From positions 62,001 through 92,301 of the forward strand of contig JYFJ02001210.1 in assembly GCA_000934665.2 (NCBI GenBank): DNA of 30,301 bases, read 5' to 3'. Of the stretch, positions 22,201 through 30,301 are shown in pieces. How positions within the stretch are numbered: the stretch's first letter is position 1; each line of letters opens with the position of its first letter. The translations under genes were made by a program, and so were the position numbers. Below the pieces are notes generated by a model. The model had not been told where the DNA came from. It saw only the letters and a list, made by a program, of their open reading frames with translations, and did no database searches. This stretch comes from Catajapyx aquilonaris. Lineage: Eukaryota.

Positions 22201-22429
22201 GTGCCAGCTTACATCTCTTGACCCCATCCACCTGGTGAATCTCCTGCAGTACGGCCAGCAGCTCCCTGGAGGTCTGCTCAATGTCCCGCACCACCACTCG
22301 AATCACCTGAAAGACAAAAATGTCCCAATCAGTGCCATGTGCTTCACTAATAATTACACACCAATTAACCTCTCTGGACTCCTGATCAGCAGTCATGGCC
22401 TCCAACGCAACCTGAAATATGCTGGCCAT
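16212..22429 (-). CDS. trsn: Translin (C3PO subunit), about 262 aa with an acidic C-terminal extension. Exons (-): 22370-22429, 22213-22306, 16803-17015, 16619-16695, 16212-16556
   Basis: Spliced product MASIFQ...DQESREVIRVVVRDIEQTSRE...QFYRFHDHWR...QRLVFLAAL...FHLDLEDYLSGLL...ELSRFAVNSVTAGDYDRP...GFHLLNLKNDHLRRRYDGLKYDLKKVEDVVYDLAIRGL carries the translin signature motifs. All junctions are GT-AG; 789 nt in frame. Confidence 0.95.
17195..17364 (+). promoter_or_regulatory. Putative core promoter and 5' UTR exon of the nested transposase-derived gene
   Basis: DRE TATCGATA (17211-17218), DRE-like CATCGATA (17231-17238), YY1/Pho-like CCGCCATGTT (17242-17251), E-box CACGTG (17260-17265) and Inr-like TCATTC (17282-17287). 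The patch is locally CpG-rich. A donor GTAAGG at 17365 pairs with an acceptor AG at 17420-17421, just before the ATG. Confidence 0.6.
17423..19223 (+). CDS. IS1595/Merlin-type DDE transposase-derived protein, about 367 aa, catalytic residues substituted; nested antisense in translin intron 2. Exons: 17423-17670, 17729-18155, 18795-19223
   Basis: Spliced ORF of 1104 nt with no stops or frameshifts. It has a Zn-ribbon-like N-terminus (CPRNH...WSC...CNYSCSIRKNTF) and IS1595-type motifs VGGEGTIVEI(Y)GSKF, WVFGGIQRGT, WILPGTTIMS(E)CW and YDH...KH...VSPD. An AATAAA overlaps the stop codon (19222-19227). Confidence 0.82.
18321..18741. mobile_element. Degenerate inverted-repeat element (MITE-like) in intron 2 of the nested gene
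   Basis: CTGAAACTGGAAATTTCA (18356-18373) vs TGAAATTCCCAGTTTCAG (18697-18714) match 17/18 as an inverted pair. The outer arms GTTTGCAGGCTACT / AGTGGTATGCAAAC are also partly complementary. Confidence 0.4.
19029..19208 (+). repeat. 2 x 90-bp in-frame tandem duplication encoding the acidic 30-aa repeat LPLEEER...EEQNSYEDFTTEDE
   Basis: Units 19029-19118 and 19119-19208 are directly alignable with few substitutions. Confidence 0.92.
19291..19450. mobile_element. Short MITE, possibly PIF/Harbinger-type
   Basis: Imperfect TIRs GGTATGTTCCCAAGCTCAGGAAAAT / ATTCTCATGAGCTTGGGAACACATC, flanked by CAA and TTA. Confidence 0.55.
19487..20350 (-). mobile_element. Internally deleted mariner element with a degenerate transposase remnant
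   Basis: About 32-bp TIRs CGAGGGCTGTTCAAAAAGAAACCGAACTTTTT / AAAAAGTTCGGTTTCTTTTTGAATGGCCCTCG (2 mismatches), with TA on both sides. Minus-strand remnants PYSPDLASPDFLLYSKLK (mariner YSPDLAPxD motif) and IASRGNYFEGD. Confidence 0.92.
20467..20725 (+). mobile_element. tRNA-derived SINE, older copy related to family A (3' end approximate)
   Basis: GGGGAG head, A-box-like TGGCCGAGTCAG, B-box GGTTCGATCC. It shares the internal ATTGCACTTGCAC motif with family A. No clear TSD. Confidence 0.65.
20911..21553 (-). mobile_element. Deleted hAT-like DNA transposon remnant
   Basis: Imperfect TIRs CTCACGAGTAAGGAACAGATTTTTAGGTT / AACCTAGAAAGCCGTTCTCTACTCATGAG (about 23/29). Repeated subterminal AATAGG motifs. 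The minus-strand peptide DISLFKYDPVTLCDVKRSFSACRSVLSDRHRRI resembles the hAT C-terminal (PxTSxxxERxFS) dimerization motif. Confidence 0.7.
21762..22047 (+). mobile_element. tRNA-derived SINE, family B
   Basis: tRNA-like head 21767-21838 (B-box GGTTCGAATCC), insect-SINE-like body (GGTTTTCTGTGGTTTCCC...AGGCCACAGCCACTTCCTTCC), A-rich end, and a 15-bp TSD with one mismatch CACTTGCAATGCATA / CACTGGCAATGCATA (21747-21761 / 22048-22062). Confidence 0.85.
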
Positions 22430-22905
22430 GTTCGGGGGCATGTGTCGACCTATCCGTCTGGCTGGAACTGATGTTTCGTGGGTCACACAAATCCTGGAGA
22501 AACAGACAAAGCCTACTGGAATCACTAGTCCACGTGGGAACCACCAACCAACGTGATTCCATAGGCGCTGCCTGCCTGCAGGTGGTAGAGGCTATGTTTA
22601 TAACATTTAACATCTATTTTAAATATTTTTATAGTTCAGTGTATACACTGAACTATAAATAAATAGGATTTAAAACGTGGCAATAACCACACTGGTACCC
22701 TTGTGTCAAGATGGCTGCTCTCATGATGTCCGTTGTGCAGAATTTAAACAACTTTCGAATGTTGGGAGAGTAAATATCCCTTTGTTGGTGCTCGTGGAGG
22801 ACGGCGAGACACATATTTGGTAAGCCCTGCTGCCACTGGGAAAAAACGGAGATAAATTTCTTTAATGGGAACTAGTTGGGCCTGCAGAGTCGTACGGAGT
22901 GCAGA
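22430..22905. promoter_or_regulatory. Probable bidirectional promoter region shared by translin (-) and Rad17 (+)
   Basis: The ATGs are 476 nt apart, head-to-head. Motif1-like GGTCACAC (22481-22488), E-box CACGTG, YY1-like CAAGATGGCTGC (22707-22718), and a probable Rad17 5' UTR donor GTAAGC at 22820. Confidence 0.65.
22628..22659. repeat. Perfect 32-bp palindrome TTTATAGTTCAGTGTATACACTGAACTATAAA
   Basis: 16-bp arms, fully complementary, no spacer. Confidence 0.95.
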
Positions 22906-25837
22906 ATGTCGTGGGTGCAGCCAGATTTCGAGGACTGTTTTGCTTCTGATGTGGTGACGAGCGCTAAAAAATCTGAAGGAAGGAGATGGACCACTCCAAA
23001 GAAATCTGAAAGGAAATGGGGCACTCCGAAGAAGGCGATAAGCAGCAATAGAGGAACCTCATCGCCTCGCCATAAGCCACTCAACACCTCAAAATTATGG
23101 ATAGAAACCTGCCAGCCAGAATCAAAGGCAGAACTAGCCGTGCACAAGAAGAAAGTGGAAGAAGTGGAGCAGTGGATGGACAGTGCCTTCAACGGCAATG
23201 GCAAGGTAGTGCGTCACGTTGAGAGAAAGGATAGCCTATCAATGCAATATGTAACCTTCATGTTTCGTATCAACAGACAAAGTGCCTGCTCCTGACTGGG
23301 CCGGCAGGATGTGGAAAAACAGCGACTGTATTGACACTGGCTAAGGAGATGGGGGCACACATTCAAGAGTGGATCAATCCAGTAGACCTGATTAGGTGCG
23401 ACAGTTGGGGAACCAGCAGCCAAGAAGAGAGGAGTGAGTTGTGCCTACTAATTGTCCGAATATAATTTGATTGGACTTGGACTATGAATTTCATCAAAGA
23501 GTTTTCTACAGGCTATAAATTCTACACGACCAAATATTTCGCAATAAAATGTTCATGGCATAAACGTTAGTTCCCAACCTTGAGCAAGAGCAAAAAGCCA
23601 ATTCTTTCACCTCATTTGTCCATTGCCTTGTTGCTCACAATGCTAAAAAGTCTCGAATTTGCACCAAAACTCTCATTCTTGAGATCTTGGGGACACAACT
23701 TACGATATCTCTATTGCAGGAACACGTACGGACTACATGAAATTCTACGAGAGTCAGGCAAGCGCCTTCTCAGACTTTCTGTTTCGAGCAAGTTGCTACC
23801 CTAGCCTAGATTCTAGTAGAAAGGAGGAGGTATCAAAGACACTGATTCTGGTTGAAGACTTCCCAAATGTGTTCACTACATCTCCAGGATCTTTGGGCAC
23901 TATAATCAAGAGGTACATTCAGATCGGAACGAATCCTATTGTCTTTATTGTAACAGACAGCTTGGACAAGGATTTCAACTCTAAGAAACTGTTTCCAAAA
24001 CAACTGATGGCGGAGATGAGGATTGACACTATTCAGTACGTGGTCCATGATTTGGTAGCCAAAGCTGTGGAAGAGCGGATTTAAGTGTCAGTTTGTTTTA
24101 TCCAGGTTCAACCCAATTGCACAAACTCTGATGGTGAAGGCATTGGAGAAAGTTATGAGATGTCAGGGCCCAAACTTCAAGGGTCCTTCAAGACCTGTTC
24201 TCCTGGCCATGGCTGACAATAGCTCTGGGGACCTCCGAAGTGCTATTAATGCTCTCCAATTTGGATGTTGCAAGGACGTTGGTAGGCTCTGCGAATCTTT
24301 TCAGGGAGCAAGGACGGTCACTTCTGAGAAGAAGCGACGCAGGACTAGTAATAAGCCAGCATCTGACACAACACCCCCGGCAATTGGAGGAAAAGACACC
24401 CCTTTGTTCTTTTTTCACGCCCTTGGAAAGGTTTTACACTGCAAGCGTAAGTTTCAACATGCACACCTCATTTAATTGGCTGCATCTGGTTACACTAGTT
24501 GCTGGAGTATACAATCCATAACTTTTTCACCTCCTCCTTTTTTGGGACCTGGACAGGAGAGGAGTTTAGCCGCAGTAGTGAAACACTTCCTATTAACCTG
24601 AAGAAGCATGAACGACTGCCGCTTCAGACCATCCCAGAAGAAGTTTTTGAGCAGTCACACATAAATGCTGACTCCTTCCAGTTGTTCTTACACCAGAACT
24701 ACGTGCCCTTTATGCCTTCAGTTGAAGAGATTGCAGCTGCTGCTGAGACTTTCAGTGACGCAGATTTTATTATGGGACATTGGGAGGTAAGAGTTAATTG
24801 CATACTGCAAGCAAGTTGATGCTAATTCCAATCTTACTGGTAGAGCAAGAAGACCCTTGAAGACTGTGCTGCTTCTGTTAGCCTTCGAGGAGTGATGCAT
24901 GCCAATGATGGAACCAAGAAGGTGGGATGGATGGCACTGCAAAAGCCGCAGATGTTTGAGGTTCAGAAATTGGTGAAGGAAAGGTATGCGTGGGTCAATG
25001 TATGCATTTTTCCTTTGCATTCATTATCAGTCCTTTAACTACAAAAAGTGGGAACAATTGATTAGCCAATCAACTTTTGCTCAAGTCAGCATATTTGTTC
25101 AAGTGTTAGCACTGTATTGTGGGGCGACCTTGATTAGGTCAAATGATGAAACCATGCATATTTAATTTGCAATTCTTTTAATTTGCAGACTTGAACAGGG
25201 GAAAGCACTATACATGAAACCAGGGTGGTCATCGGAAGACTTGTTCACCCAGCTAATTCCATACTTAAAATTCTTCAAGTCCAATGTGCAAGGTGGGTTC
25301 AACCAACAATGCTGCAGTTATTTTCAGTAGTATTATGCGAGTACTTTTAGTTCTACAAGCTTGTGTGATCAATGGTAAATGAAGAATAAGTGATTGATCC
25401 ATGTTGTTCGTGCAGGATTAATTACTTGCCGGCGATTTATTGTCATTCACACAGCCGGCATGCAGAAAACATCAGGACAAAAAACTCACCCCATAACATT
25501 TGTGGATTTGGAATTTTTTGAAAATTAATTAGCTACTTTCTTCTCAGGTAATCAGCGATTTGCTGCTGAAGTGGGTTGCATCAATACGAATCACTTTAAG
25601 AAGTAAGTTGGAACTTGTGTAACATGACAGTGTGTCTCAACCACATAAAATTTAATTATTTTAATATGCAGTGCCTTGGGAGAGAAAATGAGTGCCAGTG
25701 ACATGGACCAAGATGAAGAACAAATGGGTCGCAACATAATTCACGCCCAACTAGGACAGATTAACTACAGTGATAACCTACAGGAAGTGAATCTGAGTGA
25801 TGAAGAAGAATATGAGATTGAAGAGTACATTGATTGA
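22906..25837 (+). CDS. Rad17: Cell-cycle checkpoint protein Rad17 (9-1-1 clamp loader), about 602 aa. Exons: 22906-23205, 23277-23433, 23720-24035, 24106-24446, 24557-24786, 24844-24983, 25189-25292, 25548-25602, 25672-25837
   Basis: Motifs LW...P...ELAVHKKKVEEV, Walker A LLLTGPAGCGKT, QEWINP, LILVEDFPN, QFNPIA, SGDLRSAINALQF, GGKDTPLFFFHALGKVLHCKR, LFLHQNY, and an acidic tail ending IEEYID*. 1809 nt in frame; all junctions GT-AG. Confidence 0.95.
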
Positions 25838-27447
25838 ATTAGATTGCATTTTTCATACTGTATGTTAAATTGTATGCATTTCTTCTAAGCTGCAGTTTTG
25901 TGTAAAAATGTAAAATATATTTTCCAACTGTCTTATATGAAAATAATACAAAATGGATTTGAAATTGCACATGAAGTCCTTTGAAATTCAGAAGAATTAC
26001 GCACACAATTATTGGTCATTGGATAAAATTGAGTTAGGTATTTTGTGACATTTCGAGCCTATTACCTGACCATTATCTTGTAAATAATGTATTCTCATTT
26101 TTTTAAACTAATGTGTCAATGACATGATGTAATTTGAGTTTTACCTCATATTGCAGTCCAGTTCTCCTGGCCCACTGGGTACTGGTGGGATGCAGGCTGC
26201 ACTTTACTGAGAACCACTGCTTCAGACCCTTGCCACAATGCCAATTGATTCTGCAACATTTGTGAAAACTATTTGAAATAATGATTGTCTACATAAGCAA
26301 CTATTTCAAGAATTTGAAAAGAAAAAAAGTTTATCCCAAACCCACACAAGCTAAATGGCAGATGTGATTATAGCTACTCCAGGATGCTGCCCCAATGTCC
26401 CACAGGTACTCTCTGATTCACATAAGTCTGAACCTTTTTGGATACCTATACGCCAGAAAGTAGTGCCCAACATGCCGGGCCCTACAGATCTTCACAACTA
26501 AATGTGCAGTTTGTGTAGAGCTGCAGCTGCCGCATGGACTGCCCATGATAATTAGGCATTCGAATTACATGTACCAGCACTGTTTCTTCGAGAAAGCCAT
26601 AGATACTGGGGACTAATTTTGCAGCGGCTCACCCCCTCGGGCGTATTTATATCCAAAAAGTTACCTCTAAGTTGCTACTTTTGACAACTTGTACCTTATC
26701 TGTGCATGTTAGGGCATCTGCCCCCTGGAAGGGAGCCTATTGCATTGAATGGGTCAGCATCATACAAACAAAAAAAAACATTATGATGTGTCTCTATAAA
26801 AAAGATAGTGATGTAACAGATGCAAGTCAAATAATAATTATGTGCTTAATAAATGACACAAAAATGCATGGCATTCAATGGATCATCATCACTCTGCAAA
26901 AGCAAGCCATTGATTTAAACCAGTACCGTATATTGTCTTTATCAAACCTATGTGGAAGACGTATTAGATAAATGTCCCTGTCTCATCCTATTCCCATAGA
27001 AGCCTCAAGCACATGCACTCACAAGTCAGTCTCACATCAAAGCAACAACTTCAATGAAATCAATCAAGCATTAAAGCGACTTCTTCAGGCATGTGTTGCT
27101 CCATCATTAGACACACAAATTCCACCTCCATGATGCATCTAAAAGCACAACTATCTATTGCATATCATCAACTAGATGCAAAACTCGGCTGAGTCAGGCA
27201 AATCATGATTCATGCATATTTGAAGGACATGGCATGCTAACAAGAGTAATAAAATTAATGCACAAATTCTCTCCAATTAATTAAATTACTATTAAACTGT
27301 GACCAATGAATGCAAACTAAGGCACACACACTCTCTGATTCACATGATTTCACACTTTTCCGGAAAAGAAGGGATGCAATTGAATCAGACATGCCACTAC
27401 ATCACCCTGTAAATAATGAAGATGCTGCATAATTATAAAAAGATCCT

Positions 27448-27798
27448 GGGGGAGACGGAGTGGCGCCGCGGTAACGCGCGCGCCCACGGAAGTTAAGGTC
27501 CCGGGTTCAATCCCCACCCGGGGTTCCCACCTTCTTTCGTGCAGAGTTGGGCCATCTCTGGCTTCGTTTCGGGTGGCAATTTCCGGCAGACTAAGCCACC
27601 CGGGGGAGTTCACAAAATGACGATTAGAGACATTGCACTTGCACTTTGCACATCCCCTCCCACCCACCCTTGGAGCATACTAATTAAGATTCTTCTTAAA
27701 CTCGCTCCAAAAACAAATTCCAAAGGTGGCAACCCACCCCCCCTAAGGAGTAGTATAACTCCCCCCGTGGGGTAATGAAAAAAAAAAAAAAATATATA
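27448..27798 (+). mobile_element. tRNA-derived SINE, family A, copy 2
   Basis: Near-identical to 3345-3688. Poly(A)/(TA) tail and a 14-bp TSD TATAAAAAGATCCT (27434-27447 / 27799-27812). Confidence 0.92.
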
Positions 27799-28838
27799 TA
27801 TAAAAAGATCCTTCTAAAAATAATATATACAAGTACAAACAGAAGAAACACACACACCCCACCTACCCATCATTGGGATCTCGTAACATCAATCTACAAA
27901 TCAACGCCAATGCCACTCAACCCTGCCAGAGGCAGTCCATTAATCAAGATGAGAAAGGCATTATTGTGGAAGGCTATACAGTACAAACAACCTACCTCAA
28001 AATAATGTCATTCAAGATGAATAGCCTTGCATGTACTGTACACCTTTTGGCAAGTACAACTGTATCATAGATGTACACAACCAGGGTGTACCACTCCCAA
28101 AAGGGAGTATTCAATCAAAATATGATGCAACCACACCATATTCTCGCTTGGTTGTGCCAAACTGGTGTCACCTCCTCATTCCAAGGCTGACGGAACTTTT
28201 CACGGCAGAGAGGAAACAGGAGGGGGTAAATAAAAAAGCTAACTTCTTTTTCTAAATTTACAATGCAACATGTACAGGGAGCTTCCTAGAGGAAATCAAA
28301 ATAAAACCCTTCACATGTCAACCAATGGCCGTTACACAGTACTTGGCATGAAATAATGGCAAAGTATATTATTATTTTTTGTACACACCAGTTCATCCAT
28401 GCACTGCCACTAAAATTCACTCATTTCCTTCTTTCAGTCAATAATATACAAAAAAAGGAAAAAAAAACTTTGTGATGCTCAGTATATTTCCTGCTGAAGT
28501 GTCCATTGTTGAAACACTTGCATGGATTGTAATGCTGAACAGGAGGCAGTTCTTTGCAGTAAAAAATCTTAACAGAAGTACACTACTACTACTTGTAAAC
28601 ACAATTTATTCCCGACACCCTATAACTCCTTCATTTTGTTAAATAACCTTAACGACCTTGTAAATAGGCCATATACTAGACGCAAAGAAATTGACAAAAA
28701 AACTTGCACTTGTGCACAATCAGGTTCAACTCTGGTTTTAAGTGTGAGTTTTCCCACCCCAATAAAAGGATCACAAAATGTGCCCATTTCTCGGAAGTGT
28801 GATGTACGATTTAATGACTCAATCTGGCAATGCATTAT

Positions 28839-29066
28839 TTAGTGCCTCCTGTGGAGCTGGATGAAGTGCTCCAGGATAGTGGGGACCTCCCCTTTGTAAG
28901 GGATTTGTCTCTCGGATACCACTCTGGCTGCCAGGCACTTGAGGCTGGTATACTGCAATAGATTGATGTCATTTTCTGGGTTGGCCATCAGCGCGGTGTA
29001 AGGCCGCTCATCCTCCCGGTTGCCCTGGTCAAGGTGTGCCCCATGATCAAGGAGTAGGCGGACAGT
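28839..29066 (-). CDS. fem-1: Last coding exon of a FEM1-family ankyrin-repeat protein (CRL2 substrate receptor); remaining exons lie beyond the window
   Basis: Acceptor TTGCAG then TVRLLLDHGAHLDQGN (ankyrin) ... YTSLKCLAARVV (BC/VHL box) ... IPYKGEVPTILEHFIQLH, the typical FEM1 C-terminus. Paralog not resolved. Confidence 0.85.
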   Translation of the reverse strand, partial: TVRLLLDHGAHLDQGNREDERPYTALMANPENDINLLQYTSLKCLAARVVSERQIPYKGEVPTILEHFIQLHRRH

Positions 29067-29607
29067 CTGCAATGTAATGAAAAATAATAATAATGTCTGC
29101 CTTGCACTGCAAGAGTAAAATAGCAACAACATTGTTTCAATGAGTACGTTAGGAAAGAGGTCCAATAATAATCTGATGAAGAACTACAGGACAAAGTTGA
29201 AAGACACCTGTGAATGATTCATCCATCTCTCCCATCAGAAATAAAAAGTACTGGTGATTCACCTCAAAAAATAAGCAAATTACAACTGCAAGTTATACTA
29301 TCACATATCTTTCAAGCAATTATCATCAGCAACACTCCAGAGTATCCTAGTTGCTCCAGAGAAAACAAAATGAATAGACAACAATACAGATTGATTACAT
29401 AATGCAAGACACTATTATAGCAGCTAAGTTGCCATAGTCCACAAGTGGCAACCCGCAAGTCTTTTGGACTATAGCAATAGGCTATTATCCCTTTCTTAAG
29501 TGTCAAAAAAAATGTCTGTGGATAGTTTCATCTATAAGATGCAACACTTGATAATTGTTTTTCCTTGCTCTCGGCCTAAACCAGTGGTTCAGGTCAAAAC
29601 TACAGTA

Positions 29608-29953
29608 CAGGAAGTCCCCGGTCTACAAACATGGTTACGTTCCTGAAAATGTCCATATGTTGGATTTGTACATAACTGGAATCCCTGAAGAACTGCGCAT
29701 ACATGCAGCGTAAAGATGCTGCTCCAACAAACTGCTTTGGTCATGTGTGTTTGTTTACAGGCGTGGAAGTAGTAGTTTCCGGATTATTTATTAATTATAC
29801 AGTATTTATGATGAACTTTGTGCTGGAGAATGTACACAGAAGTGATTTAAAGTGGAGGAATCATTATAAATCATCCTTATGGAGAGCTTTGGGAGACCGT
29901 TCGTAAGTACGGATCGCCATAAGTCGGGTCGTTCGTAAACCGGGGACTTCCTG
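29608..29953. mobile_element. Tc1/mariner-superfamily (pogo/Tigger-like) MITE in the fem-1 intron
   Basis: 23-bp TIRs CAGGAAGTCCCCGGTCTACAAAC / GTTCGTAAACCGGGGACTTCCTG (2 mismatches), with TA on both flanks. Confidence 0.88.
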
Positions 29954-30205
29954 TATATCAAAAAGCAATGCCCATGTCTTCCTCTTTTTCATGAATATAG
30001 CTGCAGGTGGTTTGAAATGAAATGCATACAGCAAAGAAAATTTATCACCATTTTACACCTTGTCTGGCTATCATTAAAACAATCAACCTACAATCAAAAT
30101 TTGTCACTTGTAATGATCCTGTAAAACCTGTCTGTAGCTGACCACAAATATTGATGAAAATAGTCTCCTGCAGAAATATTCAGTTACTTAGGTAGGCCTA
30201 CTTTG

Positions 30206-30226
30206 CAACAACAACAACAACAACAA
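30206..30226 (+). repeat. (CAA)7 microsatellite, possibly the tail of a minus-strand RTE-type retroposon
   Basis: The repeat is directly visible and is followed by a small hairpin CCCT-ATG-AGGG. The retroposon origin is inference. Confidence 0.7.
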
Positions 30227-30301
30227 CATCACGACATTTCCCTATGAGGGGTAGTCAGCGATGAAGGGAGATGCAAGCTAACCCAACATATGAACTAATA
30301 A

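Noticed and set aside
26153..26220. Possible tiny hAT/Charlie-like MITE (CAGTCCAGTTCTC...GAGAACCACTG)
   Set aside because: The inverted repeat is too short and degenerate to support
26409..27345. 16-nt direct repeat ACTCTCTGATTCACAT at about 26409 and 27330
   Set aside because: A single short match with no TE hallmarks between the copies
1..30301. CRISPR arrays or prokaryotic operon-type systems
   Set aside because: The sequence is eukaryotic and intron-containing, and no repeat-spacer arrays were seen

Overview
Intron-rich eukaryotic genomic DNA, most likely arthropod (hexapod/pancrustacean), judged from the Knickkopf-family cuticle genes, many 54-110 nt GT-AG introns and insect-type SINEs and mariner. 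From left to right: (1) the 3' part of a Knk2-like (DM13-DOMON) gene on +, including a hidden 21-nt microexon; (2) a complete 13-exon knickkopf-like paralog in tandem on +; (3) translin on -, whose 5.2-kb second intron holds an antisense, spliced, intact gene derived from an IS1595/Merlin-type transposase with substituted catalytic residues and its own promoter-like motif cluster, plus several TE remnants; (4) Rad17 on +, head-to-head with translin across a short interval containing a perfect 32-bp palindrome; (5) the last exon of a FEM1-family gene on -. Also present are four tRNA-derived SINE copies, a deleted mariner, a hAT-like remnant and several MITEs. The best candidate for an undescribed system is the nested, apparently domesticated Merlin-transposase gene (17423-19223). 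Gene models were spliced by hand (GT-AG, frame-consistent). Family names come from motif recognition, not database searches.
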